From NCBI GenBank assembly GCA_964188305.1, contig OZ076893.1: a stretch of 64,000 nt of DNA. One strand, written 5' to 3'. The notes beneath the pieces are model-generated. The model searched no databases. It was not told the DNA's origin and saw nothing but the letters and a program-made list of their open reading frames with translations. The position numbers and the translations under genes were made by a program. Positions within the stretch are counted from its first letter, which is position 1. Every line of letters starts with the position of its first letter. This DNA is from Podarcis bocagei (taxonomy: Eukaryota). Of the stretch, positions 1 through 13,391 are shown in pieces.

Positions 1-1349
1 CTGCTACCCACCCATTCTGTGTAAGGACTCTTTTATGGCCAAATACCGGATGTAGGTCTGTAAGTCAATTTATTGCTTGTAAAAGAGGTTGGGAGGAGGT
101 GAAATGCTTTCTGCTTACCCCAGATCGGTGTATCACTCAGCTAATAGGCATGCAAACTTCAATGTCAATATATGTCCACACTCTCTTGGAGAGCTTTTGC
201 AGCTCAGACTTTTCCATGGGCTCTTAGGTCAAATGAAAGAAGGAGAGAAGGAAAAAGAAAGCATAATTGAATTGTTGGTGATTAATAAACACACACAACT
301 GCCACCACTACACTTCTTTTGCCTCAGAAAAACCCTATTTTAGGCAGCAGCTCAAGATGAGCATATACACACTACAAGATTGAAGGACTTTGTCACAGAC
401 TCTAAGAAATGTAATGAGGGGATCTCTAACTGTTTATGTTGAACATCCTCAGGAAACAAATGCCCAAAGCTCTTAAAGCCACGATAGCTGTAGCAATTTG
501 ATGCTGGTTTAAATTTGGGGTAATAGATCTTTTCTTATTCAGTGTCGTAAGGCAGGATCACATGTGAAAGTACATATGTACAGTATGCACTATCCCTAAC
601 AAGTCATGAAACACTGAGGGCCAGCAGCAAACCTGATTGCCATTGGCTAAATGTTCTCAGGAAGTTGCAAGAGCCAATTCTAGCTCTCTAATAAGAGTAC
701 CTTTACAGATCTGTGCACATAATTTTGCTAATGTATCTGTCTCAACTACTCGTTACATTTTCACAGGAACGTCTTAAAAATGTACTCTGTGTGGAGCAGA
801 TTTCCAGCCAGACTTACCCTGAGAAGGGGCTTGTTTTGCTTAAAAGTCTCATCCACATGGAGCAGTGAGGGCCCTCTGTTAGTCACCTCACTGACCTTTG
901 AGCTGAATGTTGTGCTTTTAATGAGATACGCAAACTTGAATGTTGGTCCCAGAGGCCTTAAGTTCACTACTTGGCATTCAGATGCTGATTTACAGCTGCA
1001 GCGAAAATGGGTAACACATCTTAAAGATTGATTGATTGTCAGGGTCGCCAGTGTGCGGCTGCCCCCTTTCCATTGTTGTGTCACTTGCTTCTCGGCCCTC
1101 GAAGGGCACCAGCCATTGTCTGACATAGTTGGTGTTGCTGTGGACACAGCTTAGAATCTGACTCCTGCACTGCGTATATATCTTCGTTCTTCGGAGAAAG
1201 AACTGCTACAATACAAAACAGAGATTGGAAATCCTGGCTGCTGCTCTCTCTCTAGGCACAAAAGCAGGGGAAATAAGGGAGATTTTCAGTCATTTAATTA
1301 AAAAGAAACAAAACATTTTCATCTCTAGATTACAAAATTTGACTCTTGG

Positions 1350-1570
1350 TGCTGGCTCTGGAGTACTTTAATTGTACAGACTAAGACCTGGGTTCAAATC
1401 TTCACTTGGCTATGAAGCTCACTGGGTGACTCTGGTCCACTCACTGCCTCCCAGTCCTAGCCTACCTTTAAGGTTGTTGCGGGGATTAATTTAGGAGGGG
1501 GAGAACCATGCACACCATCTTGAGTTCCTTGGAGAAAAAAGGTGTGATATAAATGCACTTTTATAAATAA
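1350..1570 (+). mobile_element. Degenerate tRNA-derived SINE (Squam3-like) with LINE-type 3' tail
   Basis: B-box-like GGTTCAAATC near 1391, body resembling squamate Squam3 (gctcactgggtgac...gttgttgcggggattaa...gagttccttggag), A-rich tail; boundaries approximate. Confidence 0.6.
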
Positions 1571-2863
1571 AATAATATTCTTCTCTTCTCACAATGCCAA
1601 ACTTGTGTTCAAAGTTATGCCTTAAAATCCTGGGTTTGCTTTGCACCATTTTTCTTTTCAATGGTTTAATTGTGCAACACTTCAGTTCACGGTCCCAGTC
1701 CAAAAATACCTGCACTTTATCCTTATCATACCGACAAGTTAATAGAAGTAGGCTCTGGTAGCTCAGTAAGGATCAGATTTACTGTTATGTAACTGAGTAT
1801 GAAATCCAATGAGAATGATACAATTAAAGACTTAGATTTGATAACACACCCTGCCTGTTGAAAGGATATTAGATGGTGGCCTATTCTCTTTAGATAGTTG
1901 CTGATGAATTTAAATCGGGACCAATGGCAGTAGTATGCACGGTTAATAAAATGGGGCAGTTCTTGGTTTCAGATATGTCTGGAGGCAACAGGCCATGGAA
2001 GCCATTCTCTCTCATTCTTGATGGGTTTATAATTAGTTATGGGAACTCCTCAAATGTCCAGAGGTCCTTCAACATTCCTTCATTTTGTTCAGCTCTGACA
2101 GTTAAAATATTTCACTGAGCTTGGTTCAACTTAAACAGATTCTGTGCTAATGTGTGAGACTGTTTCTTCACAGCAATATAATTCCCTGGAAATGGAAGAC
2201 TTCATCACATGTGAAGGGGGTTTCACAGTAGGAGGAGCAACAGGACTGTACTTCTGGCTCCACCCCTACCATTCCAAGCCCCACCCCCTGACATCCGCAC
2301 ATAGAATAAATATTTGAATTCAGGAAGCCCATACGCATATATTTCCCCTATGCAGGCATGGTGGGGCAAGGGTTAGGGTTACCATGTGAAAGATTACATT
2401 CCACCAATGTAATGAGTATCAAGACCCCACCAAAAAGTACCAAGAACATAGAACAAGAATGTGGATAATAATTACCTAATGGTGGCCTTCAGTGCAGGAA
2501 AAGCTTATAAACACTACAGGGGTCTGGGAGAACAGTTCCCACAACACATTTCAGCAGGTAGGTTACAGCATCATCTTTCTGAGTTATGTGTCAACTGTTT
2601 CACCAGACATTTTCTTTCCACATCATACAAGAGGGGAACTAAAATATTTATCTTCATACATGGAAATAAAAATGTGGTTTGTATATTTGCAATAAAATAT
2701 AACTTTTTAAAAGTTTTAAAATATTTAATACATAGAAACCACCATTATATTGTGCCTTCCAGATAGAGAAATTCTGCACGGCAAATTTTTAATGGAAGTG
2801 GATGTTCTTTTCCTGGGGTATCTTCTTTAAGGAGTATCCAAAAATTAGCAGGTGGTGGAATAG

Positions 2864-3063
2864 NNNNNNNNNNNNNNNNNNNNNNNNNNNNNNNNNNNNN
2901 NNNNNNNNNNNNNNNNNNNNNNNNNNNNNNNNNNNNNNNNNNNNNNNNNNNNNNNNNNNNNNNNNNNNNNNNNNNNNNNNNNNNNNNNNNNNNNNNNNNN
3001 NNNNNNNNNNNNNNNNNNNNNNNNNNNNNNNNNNNNNNNNNNNNNNNNNNNNNNNNNNNNNNN
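2864..3063. other. Assembly gap (200 N)
   Basis: Run of N of round length, i.e. a scaffolding placeholder. Confidence 0.99.
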
Positions 3064-4149
3064 ACCTGCTACAGTTTCTGACCCAGAATAGCTAGACTAA
3101 CCCTGCATGTGCATTTCACACACCGACAAACAAAAAAAGTGCTTTTGTGTGCACTAGTAGCTCAACCACTATTTTAAAAAGATCCTTTCCCAAAAGATTA
3201 ATATAACATTTACAAGACACTCATCACTGTGGTATTCCCAGGATGAAAATGCTAAACCCAGGCACCTGAAGTCAATTCCTTCTTGGAAACATAAGAATCA
3301 AACTGGGGGAGGGAGGGGCAGTGATTTTGGGGGGCCTAACTCCTGTGTAAGTGGGTGTAGCGTTTCACCTGGTGTCCGTTATTGGTTTTGCTTTTTTGTT
3401 TTTGCAAGGGCTCAACACCTCAGCAAACCAGGCCACCTATTAAAAGAGCTAAATGTAGATTTGAGTGCTTAAGTCCAAGCATCTATATTTGAAAACGTTG
3501 ATCTCAGAGCTGAAAGGCCTTATCCCACTGCCTTGTGAAACAAGAAACATTTTAAAGTAAAATATGTTCTTATTGCAGCATATATTGGGTGTGGTTTTTT
3601 TTGATTGTTCATTTAGAAAATTATTCTATGTTTATTTTTTAAATGAGTATATGCCTAAAGTGAACAATAAATACTACAAAATAATGCCTGGTTCTGTCAC
3701 TCCCACAAATCTTGTAAACCATCCTGTGATCTTTGGATGAAGGGTGGTATAGAAAATTAATTAATAATAATAAATGTCTTATTTCATAATTCCTCGTCTA
3801 TACACAAAATGCAAGCATTCCTTCAGGTCGCCACTTACTACTGGCAGAAGGTGCCTGTAACTTGTTTGGTAACAGAGAGAGGCTATGCAAATAAAATACT
3901 ACTTGCATGGCTGTGGTTTTAAGGAACAGCAAAATCAAACCCTGGCGTGAGCAGAATTCATACAAAGGCAGACTGGGGTTGAAAATGTTGCAATGAAGAA
4001 TGTAGAATGAGATGAGATCACAGCATCAGTCTCTCCTTTGTGGACGTGGACAATGATCACAGAGCCAGATGGGATTAGTGAAACCTATTTACCAGAAGTT
4101 CAGAGCAGTTGCATGAAGCCGATAGGCAGCCAGGAGGGAGAGGTGAAAA

Positions 4150-4213
4150 ATGCACCAGATTTACAGTTGCAGTGATGAAAATTTAGAAGTCTTCACTGTG
4201 ATTTCTTCCAAAT
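4150..4213 (+). CDS. VXN: Vexin coding exon 1 (MHQIYSCSDENLEVFTVISSK)
   Basis: Close to the human C8orf46 N-terminus MHQIYSCSDENIEVFTTVIPSK; GTGAGT donor at 4214; phase 1. Confidence 0.93.
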
Positions 4214-7200
4214 GTGAGTACCATGCATCCAGAGCTATTGCCAGGGGTTCAGTGTTTATTGAAATGGAATGTTAGGGGGAAACCTTCAAAAGGGTAAATT
4301 CAGATGTGTGCTCACTGTATTGTACTTGCTGTGTAGTGATCTCTGATTCCCCAACTCCTCCCCCACCTCCGTCCGCCCTTTCCTTGGAGAAAATGAAAGC
4401 AGAAGTCTAGATAGGCTAGGCAGTGGAAGTATTTCTACAGAAACAAACTGTGCAATCGGTGTGCTTAATTCCATGTGGCTTTGTTCCTAGGCATCCAACC
4501 ATTAAGATGAGAAATCATAAAGTTAGGAGTATTGAAAAATGAAGCCCTGAATAGTTAATATGTAGAAAATGACTTTATATGGCTACGACCTACTGGGTCA
4601 AAGGAGATAGCATTTTCAAATTTGTGTTCTGGGACTGATTGTACATTTAACCTTAGCATTTACGAAGAGCAAAAGTCAGGCAAAGATCAATATGCATTCA
4701 GGAGAACAATAGTTTTTCAACACCATGTGTCCGAAGGGAGATAGATTTCTCATGGGAAACTCTGTACGGAAAAGTGTAGTCTTAATATTTATTTGCAAGC
4801 CCCAGTTGCTCTTTTCAGATTTATTATGATGATGTTTTTATTAAAATGCAAATGAAATTATGATTGGGAGCCCAAGCTTATCCTTGGAGTTCTTTCATAC
4901 ATGCGCACACGCACACACAAATATCTTTATAAAAATGGATTTTCATTGTGTGGTGTGTGCTTTTCAAATTACCCCCAAATTTGCTTCCAGTTCCACTATC
5001 CCCTTTACTGCTAATGGGGTGCAATGTTGATTGTACAACCAAAGCCCTATCTCACAGCTTCACCAAACCACTACACCCATACCAGGAGAGCTTGGTTTGT
5101 TAGTGGAAAACGCATTATGGGGCAGAGGGTCTTTATTTTACCCCATTCATTCCAGAGAACCTAATCCACCCTGTTTTCTAGGCCTGAGTCAGAAAACTGG
5201 ATGTAATGATTTTCTGGCAGGGTTCCCACTATTTTAACATTACTTTAGCAGGAAGAAATTCAACAGGCAAAGCTCTTCTTGGCCTGAAGATGCAGGAAAA
5301 GCTAATCTCAGTTGCATATCTGTCTGTTGCACAATTGCTTAAAGGCAACAGTCTAGGCAAGGCAGGGGGGTGAGGGCAACCCGAGCTTTGACTGAAATAG
5401 GAAGGATTTCAAAGTAGTTGTGTTTTTTTTAATGGCCAAGTCTAGTTCTTATTTAAGGGAATCATTTGTAAGGAGGTCAGGGCAGAAGGTGTATTTGGGA
5501 GAGGATATCCTACAAATCTGATTTTGCAAGGTGGGGGGGGGGGCAGTCCCAGAAACGTTTTCTGCACAAGGCATCAGACTGATAGGATGATCGCATGAAA
5601 GTGAAGGCCCCTGTAGCTGATATGCAAAAGAAAGAAATCTGGCTAGGAAATTTGGCAAGTGAAGTTTTTCTGAGCCATGCAGCACTATAGCAAGGCAACC
5701 CCGTTCCACTTGTACCTGTCTTAAGGTGTACCTGCTTGTATCTGTATCCTTCTGAAGGGCACTCTTCACATACGTAGAAGCACTTACTGACACAAGATGT
5801 GTTGGTACCCTTCAGTACATAATTTGATGGACCATTTGTCTGATTCAGTATCAAGTAGCTCCTGATGCCTTTATTTCATGGCAGGCCAAAGTGAATTGTC
5901 AGCTTGGCTCCCATCTTCATGAACAACTGTTTCTTAAGCAGCCTATTCAAGAAGTATTACCTTTGTTAGAAGTTTTCCTTGCTTTGTCTTTGGGTAAGGC
6001 AATTTGCTGCTTTCCTCGCCTGCAGATGTACAGCATTTTGGCTGGGGAGATTACAATGGGCAAGCTAAAAATATGCCAGATGGATATTTATAAAGCACTC
6101 CTTGCTACTTAATCTGGAGCATCATTAATGTAATTAAAAACTGCATTCAAAAAAGAATGAATATGCAAATATTTTTTCATTGTCCTCTGCTTTCAATAAG
6201 ATGCAAAGAAAACTATATAAAGACTGCATATACTTTTACATACGCTTAAAATCTTTCTAACACCTCTGTTTCATTTAAACAGTGATGCATGTGAACCATC
6301 ACTTGCTCCATGTAATATTAGCTGTTTCTTCCATGGCTTTGTGACTGTACGGAGTTATTTTATTGAATGACTAGCTGATTAAATTAAGAACCACCTTAAT
6401 GATTGGGAATGGGTACTGTTCTGATTTAAGCCACATCCTCAGAAAAGAAGAGATGGTGGCTCTCTTTTTGTGTGTGGCTATTTTCATCCCAGTTAACAGG
6501 TTGCAACAGATCAGAACAACACAGAAAGAAAATGCAAAGCAAATAAGACTAAATCAGGAGCACAACAACATTCTACAGAATAAGCAGAACAATTATATTC
6601 CACGATTAAAAGTTTAACAGACAAAACAGCTTTTACTTGGTGCCAAAGTAATGGGATCCCACATATAGATTGCTCTCAAGAAAGGCTTACCTGGTTGCCA
6701 GTGTTATGGTTTTTTTTTTAAAAAAAAGCCCCCCCCCCCAGTTCTGAATTTGAATTGGTTTTATCTCCTGTTTTATTTCTATGTACATATTATACACAGA
6801 AATATATACACACACACAAATGTGTTTGTGTGTGTGCTATTTCAACTGAATGTTGTCAACCACTCTGAATTATTTTTTTAATTTGAAAAAACTGAGTTCC
6901 AAGCAGATATCTCAAATGCTGGAAAAGGGCAACCCTAACACTCCTGACCCCACAACTTCTCTCAGCAAGGTCACTTTAGTCTATCTTTGATGTCACTCAG
7001 GGCCAGCTCCACTGCATAGTGTCCCTGTGAAATGGCCCTGTCGTGGAATTGTTTTAGTGGGCTTCTCCTTCTTTGAGTGAGCCCTGGTGCGCTTATCCGA
7101 TAACAGCAGCAGATGTTGGTAGAAGCAGCACTCCAATTAGTGCCAGACAGCTGTGAGCCACCATTTTAACTTCCCACAATGCCCCACATATGGTGTTGCT

Positions 7201-7410
7201 GCAGAGCACTGTGGAAAATTAAAATGGCAACTCCCAGACCCAATTACCTGGTACTGATCAGAGTGGGGGGGGGGGAGGAATATCCACTGAAGGCAGTGCA
7301 GAGAAGGTTCTACCAGGTGGGTCTGAGCTGCTCTCTTGGGATGCTACATTTTGACAAGGAAAGTTAAACAATCTCTTCAGTTCATGTTGATGTTTCCATT
7401 GTTTTTGTAG

Positions 7411-7466
7411 CATGTAGCCCAGTCAGAAGAAAAGCCAAAAGTACTCAATGCATCCTGCCGAAAAAG
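7411..7466 (+). CDS. VXN: Vexin exon 2 (SCSPVRRKAKSTQCILPKK)
   Basis: ttttgtag acceptor, GTAAG donor; resembles human VSSPARRRAKSSQHLLTKN; frame consistent. Confidence 0.9.
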
Positions 7467-7568
7467 GTAAGGAAACTGTTGCTTATTTAAGAGGGTATTT
7501 CTTGTCCACTGAAGCACAACATAGATCTCTCAAGATCATGGTGTGGAACCAACATATGCACTGGTACA

Positions 7569-7570
<2 letters not shown>

Positions 7571-7607
<37 letters not shown>
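7571..7607 (+). repeat. (AC)n microsatellite
   Basis: Direct dinucleotide run. Confidence 0.95.
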
Positions 7608-7608
<1 letters not shown>

Positions 7609-8936
7609 AAAAAACACAAAACCTGGCATGGTTCATAAATTGCATGTAGGTTTTAAGGAAATTTCAAATGCAGCCTTTTCTACAACAAACCCACTATTGA
7701 GAATTACTGCGCAGAAGAGAGTGGACTTAATCCTTCTATCTGCAAATGATTTGCACCAGGCCATTTTAAACACGTTTCATCCATCTGGGCTTAATTCTGG
7801 TTACAGAGCCCAGCTGCATAATAAACAGTCTAGAAGGGCATGTGCAGAGAAAAATCAGCTGGCCAAGAGAGCTTACATATCCCTACATCTCAGCTTCTGA
7901 CCTGCTCTTATGTTTATATCACCTTGGCAAACGTAAGATCTGGTGGAACAGGCATCTGGCACAATAACACAACCACAAGCACATATCAACCTCAAGCACA
8001 TCTGAAAATTGCACTCTGATATGGAAGCCTCACAGCCACCTGTATCTCCTGGATGTACCGTAGTTGGAAGCAAGCTGTGTTGATTCACAAGTGGGAAAGA
8101 AAGGCACTCGTTTATGAGTTCCTTCCAGGACTGAGTTTGGGCATCCAAATAAGCTCCTAGAGCAAAAGTAAGTGAACCCTGGCTCAAAATAATTGTGCTC
8201 CTCTGCCAATAATATAAACCACCTGGGAACTGATATCTAATCACAGTACAAACATGTAATAAATGAATTGAACAAACTAAAAATGTGCAATCATACCAAT
8301 GAATGGCAAATATATATACAACATGAAGGGAGATTTTGAGGCCCAACTCTCTCCCCCTACAATGCAAAATATGGAAAATTAATTCCTAAAAAAACTTGCC
8401 CCTTTACCTGCTCTTAGCAGCCTGAGATGATAGGACTTATTTCACCCTGGTAATCTTCATAGGTGCCCTTGTTTAATCCCAGACAAGGCAAAAATAGCAA
8501 GCACCCTTGGAAGCCTGCCAGAGTCTTTAACAGCAATAGCACTTTGAGTGTGCCAGGGCAGGGTTAAGTGCTGCCCAGTCATATGACCATCCCCGTGAAT
8601 TAACCTCAGATGCCTCCACATTAACTGTTTCCTGATAGCAATGATTTTAAAGACTCTCCATATGTCTGGGGGAATCCTACACAACCACTTTCCAGCAAAA
8701 CACGAGCATACCAGTTTCTTGTTAATTCTTTGCATTGTATGCCCATCTCAGATCTGCAGGGTCCATTTGTTTTGAAGATGCATAGGACTGAGCTATTTTA
8801 AATGAGGACCTCCCCTGCTCCCCTTTCTTATGTCCCTTTAAAATCAGCAAGGAGAAACTTATGATGAGAGTGAGTCCTGCTGCCAAAGTGCACACCATCA
8901 CAGTATGTATTAACAGCCTATCTTCTATACTCAGAA

Positions 8937-9094
8937 CAGTCCTCACCAACCTGGTGCCTCCCTCCAGACTTTTTGGGTCACAACTCCCATCAGCCCCAGC
9001 CAGCATTGGCTGGTGAATTCACCAGGATTGGTGAAACTGGGCTGGTGGGAGTCTCCATCAAAACAACTAGAGGGCCCCAGGTTGGTAACGGTTG
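8937..9094. mobile_element. Degenerate hAT-type MITE, same family as 9562-9696
   Basis: Shared core caactcccatcagccccagc and loosely inverted ends; no clean TSD. Confidence 0.5.
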
Positions 9095-9561
9095 GGCTAG
9101 AACGTCCATACTATCAGAGGCAGGTTTAAGGGAACACAACCAGTTTGGTTGCACTGGGCGTGGGATTTTGGGAGTGCCACAGCCATGAGGTAGAATCAGA
9201 GGTGCTGACTTGGGCCCCAATGGCGCCTGTGATAGAATGTGACATTGTGACATCATGAGGTCATGACTTTACATTGCGGTGGTGGCTTTTCCAAGGCCTC
9301 GCAGGGTCTCAGAGATAACGTCCGAGACCTCATGAGACTTCCAAAAATGACTTCCAGTTTCTACCAGAAGTCAGATTTGGAGGCCTGGCAGGGCCTCTGA
9401 CGTCATCTGGGAGGCTGTGTCGGGGCTTTGACGTGACTTCTGGTAACTTTTGTGGGTTCCCTGGCACCCAGGGCCTCCTAGACCTGGCCCTATGGGTAGA
9501 ATCCAAGGCGCGAGGCAGGTTTTGGAATATGAATAGATGCTAGGAGATGTTATATTTATTA

Positions 9562-9696
9562 CAGGCTTTCTCAAACTCGGCCCTCCAGATGTTTTGAGAC
9601 TACATTTCCCATCATCCCTGACCACTGGTCCTGCTAGCTAGGGATCAGGGACTTGTAGGCCAAAAACATCTGGAGGGCTGAATGTGAGGAAGCCTG
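9562..9696. mobile_element. hAT-type non-autonomous DNA transposon (MITE)
   Basis: Inverted termini CAGGCTTTCTCA / TGAGGAAGCCTG; perfect 8-bp TSD ATTTATTA at 9554-9561 and 9697-9704. Confidence 0.85.
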
Positions 9697-12252
9697 ATTT
9701 ATTAGATATTATCCTTCCTTCCCCCTGATCAGCAGAGTGCCATCGCTTTGCAGCTTACAAGGAAGTTTAGATAGGCTAGTTTGGTCCCTTTAGCTTACGT
9801 AATCCAGGATGCTTTAAGGCAGAGTTGATTTTCCTGGTATTTTCCCCTTTTCTCCCCCTTAAGCTAACAATCAAACACAAAATGGATTTGTAAAAGGTAA
9901 AAAATAACATATACTCAGAATACTTATTGAACAGTAATGGATACAGCAGCTTTGTTCAGACAGACTTAAAATGGTTATTCAGTTACAAAGACATATTTAA
10001 GTCTAGCTCAAAATGTGGTCTGAGTTTGGACCTCAGACTTTGTAGGTGTCACATTGCTGGCAGAGCGGAAAGAGATGGAAAGAGCTATGCCCTCCCCTTG
10101 TCTGGTCACAGTGGGAGTGTCTCTCACAGAGTTCTCCCTAGCAAGTTAATAGGAAAACTCTTTGAGCTTCAGCTCCTATGATGCACCCAGCTAGCAAAAC
10201 ATGAATAGTTGGTTTGACTGCATTTTAATTATCTTACAGAGGGGGGCACTGAATTTTGGCGTTGCGCAGGCACTGCTGAAATTTGAGACTCCAAGTTCCG
10301 CCACTGATGCTAATGAATAATGAGCAACAATCCAACCAGGAACTTTTAAATGTTGTAGAAGAGTTCAGGAGGTGCTTAGTCCTTTCTCCCATTGACACTG
10401 ATAGAACATTCTATGAGTGATTTTCAAAATAAGTGCTTAGCATTGAATTGGCTCAGTTTTCTAGATTGTTAAGTTATTGTAGTTTTCTATAATGGAGACA
10501 TTAATTCTTTAAATAAGCAAAAAAATAACAGTGAAGCAAGTGAAAGACTTGCATAGTACAAATTAATTTAGTTTTGGCTTCTGGAGCTGAATTGATTTTA
10601 GTTCCAAAAACTTTTTTGCAATGCATTTGTGATGCACAGCTTTCCTATTTTCCTTCTCCTTCCTGTTGGTTTTATCAGAATTTTTTCTATTCTTTGTAAA
10701 AGCCAGCTCTCCCTCATTGTTTGTAAATTCTAGTTGTTGGCTTATTGAAGAATAACATGAAAATAGCCACTGAATGTGTTTTGCAAGGCTTTCTGCTGCT
10801 GGACTCCACAGCACAAGAAGAAAAGCTTGCATGGCAAATGGAACAAGTAGCTGCTGCTGCTGAAACAAATAATATCTTTTAAAAATCATAAATCAAATAT
10901 TTAGGGAGCTGCTTTCTAATGCTACTTAGTTTGGATGAGACTGCCATTCATCTGAATAATGGCCAAACTCACATTAGCTTTTCTGATACAATTAGAAAAG
11001 AAAAGTGACTTCAAGATAATCCCAGAGATTTACCTTGCGTGTTCATAATGACCTAGAGAAGCTTGAAATCCTGTTTGGATCTAAACTGTGCTACCACAGA
11101 CTTGGCTTCCTGACCTACATAAGTTATCCCAACTTATTACTGCATGGCATTAGGCCCACATATACCCAAGTGATTTGGACATAGTCTGTTTTCTAAAAAA
11201 GAAAAGAAAATAGTACAGTATTGGTAGTAAATGAAACAAACACATATGGAAGAATAATACAGCAGTAGTCTCTGTCTGTGTTAATGGCAAGATACTCTTG
11301 CTTCTCCGTTTGAGTGTGTTGATATCTCAAGACATAGAAATAAAGGTAGATGTTGTACAACTTTCTCTTGAATTCTACTGCCAATATGCTAATAGCGTCT
11401 CATTGTTATAAAAGAGGAACTATCCTTGCATTACAGGAGGAACATAGTTGTCACCCCTCTGTGGTAGTTTCCTACTTCAGTAACATCAGAACCCATAATA
11501 ATTGGGTCACTTAGGATGGATCAAATGACATGGTCATTTTCCATAGCAGCATTGTCTGCCTTCAAGTAGACAGAACAATACACGCATGGGACGTAGCCAA
11601 ACAATGACGACAACTTATTTCTCATACCCCGCCCATCTGACTGGGTTGCCCAGTCACTGGGCAGCTCCTGTCTCTTCCACATGATCTGTTGGGTCTGCCA
11701 TGACCCCAGAGCCCAGCAGTGAGCAGGACAAGTTAGAGGCTACAGAGTCAACATTTGACCTGATGATGGTGGATCAGGAGACCACTGAATCCAAAGCAGG
11801 CAGGCAGAAGCCTGTAAACTGAATCCCACAGTATCAGGACCCATAGAACAAGACCCTCATGGGTGCCTTACGCTGGACCCAAGTAGTTTCCAAATTATAT
11901 TGTCAGTCCAATGGTGTAGGAAGCACACTAGACAATATTCTCTTTTTCCTGGTTGGGAGAGAAGGAAAGATTTCTCTGTCCAACCCTTTTATTGCACACT
12001 TCCTAACTTTAAGCCTTTTAGATAACTGTAGAAAGATAGAGGAGTAACATAATAGGGTATTACCTCTTCTGGCTATCAGCTTAGTTACAGTTTTCATAAT
12101 GATAATATAGCAGAACTTTTAATTATTGTTTTATGGGCAAAGAAGACAGCAATGCTTATTTTACACTATAATTACTGCAGGTTATGCATAGACTCAGGCA
12201 TTGAATCTATACACGGCACATGTAATTAGACTGTTTCACCTCTTCCCTGTAG

Positions 12253-12421
12253 GTGGTAGCAGTGTCTGACTATCATCTTCAGGGGACAGAGGAGCTGCTG
12301 TCACACCAAGGTGATCTCATCCAAGTCTTCTGCAAAGATGAAGAAGGGCAGGGATTCAGTCATGTGCAGAACAGGCAGCAAGGATTCTTCCCTAGTCCCT
12401 CCAAATGTTCTGCAAGACACA
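12253..12421 (+). CDS. VXN: Vexin exon 3, SH3-like segment (VVAVSDYHLQGTEELLSHQGDLIQVFCKDEEGQGFSHVQNRQQGFFPSPSKCSARH)
   Basis: cttccctgtag acceptor, GTAAGT donor at 12422; aligns with human VVIESD...ELLPHRGD...SARP; phases fit neighbours. Confidence 0.9.
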
Positions 12422-13391
12422 GTAAGTCTCAGCAATATATTTAGTACTCAGGCTTACTAACTGTCCAGAGGTATGGCCTTGCAATAAAAACAATGAGCCC
12501 TTTGGTACTGAGAAGAGTTTTGTTTTTGTTTTGTTTTTGTTTTTTTGCAGCACAGGATGCTGCTGGATGTATATTAGCCTACAGAAAAAGGATCTGTGTG
12601 GAAAATACTGCTGTCCATTTTAATCAGAATGGAAGACAGTTCCACTGTGAAAGTATTAAGGAAGAATATCAGAGAAATATATGATGCTCAAACATGCCTA
12701 TAGAAGGCAGAATATCACAGGAAAGAATGGTTATTCCTTATCCCAATTCTACAATTCTATGATCACACTTTCAAGTACTGTTGCCAGTGAGGTCACTTAT
12801 ATTTGAAATACTGATTTGGCAAGCGGAGGTCTCATAGCAAAAAGGAGTGAAAAAGCTACATTTCCCTGTTATTAAATTTCCGCCTCCACTAAGTGCTACA
12901 GTTAGGTAATTTTAGTTTCTGGTCTTTCTGGAGCCCCCTTTTTTAGATTGTTGTGTGTGCTGCTTCATAATGTGGTTGGGATCCTCCTGTTCATTCTGCT
13001 AAGTGGGTCTCTGGACTTGTGCCTTCATGTCCTTTTCTTATGGCACCACTGCCATAACCAGTCACTCTCATTTTTGAGGACAGTGGTCCCTGGGGTCGGC
13101 TGCAGTCAGCCTTTATAGAGTCCCACAGCCCTCTCAGCTGGCCTGGCTGGATTGGCCAGGATTCAAATAAGGCTATGGTGGGAAAGCCCACCAATCTCCA
13201 ACGGCCGGACTGGGATTCCTCACGACCAGCCACCTCATCCTAGTGTTCCTTCCAAGGGGGAGGAGCCCAGCATGATGGTTACCTGTGACCAGGTAAGCAG
13301 CCATTTTCATTCATCGGCAGCATGTATACACATATGGACGAATGACCCAGATGGCAGAGCACAGTCCACATTCCAGTTCTCTCTACAGTAC

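Noticed and set aside
1-2863. ADHFE1 3' exons expected from human synteny
   Set aside because: No ADHFE1-like coding sequence recognised; the AATAAA motifs near 2665-2696 are insufficient evidence
11698-11855. Possible second LTR fragment starting TGTTGGG
   Set aside because: No matching CA terminus or TSD found
13152-13292. Possible extra VXN exon ending at CAG|GTAAGC
   Set aside because: No convincing acceptor or homology; exons 3 and 4 already join in frame
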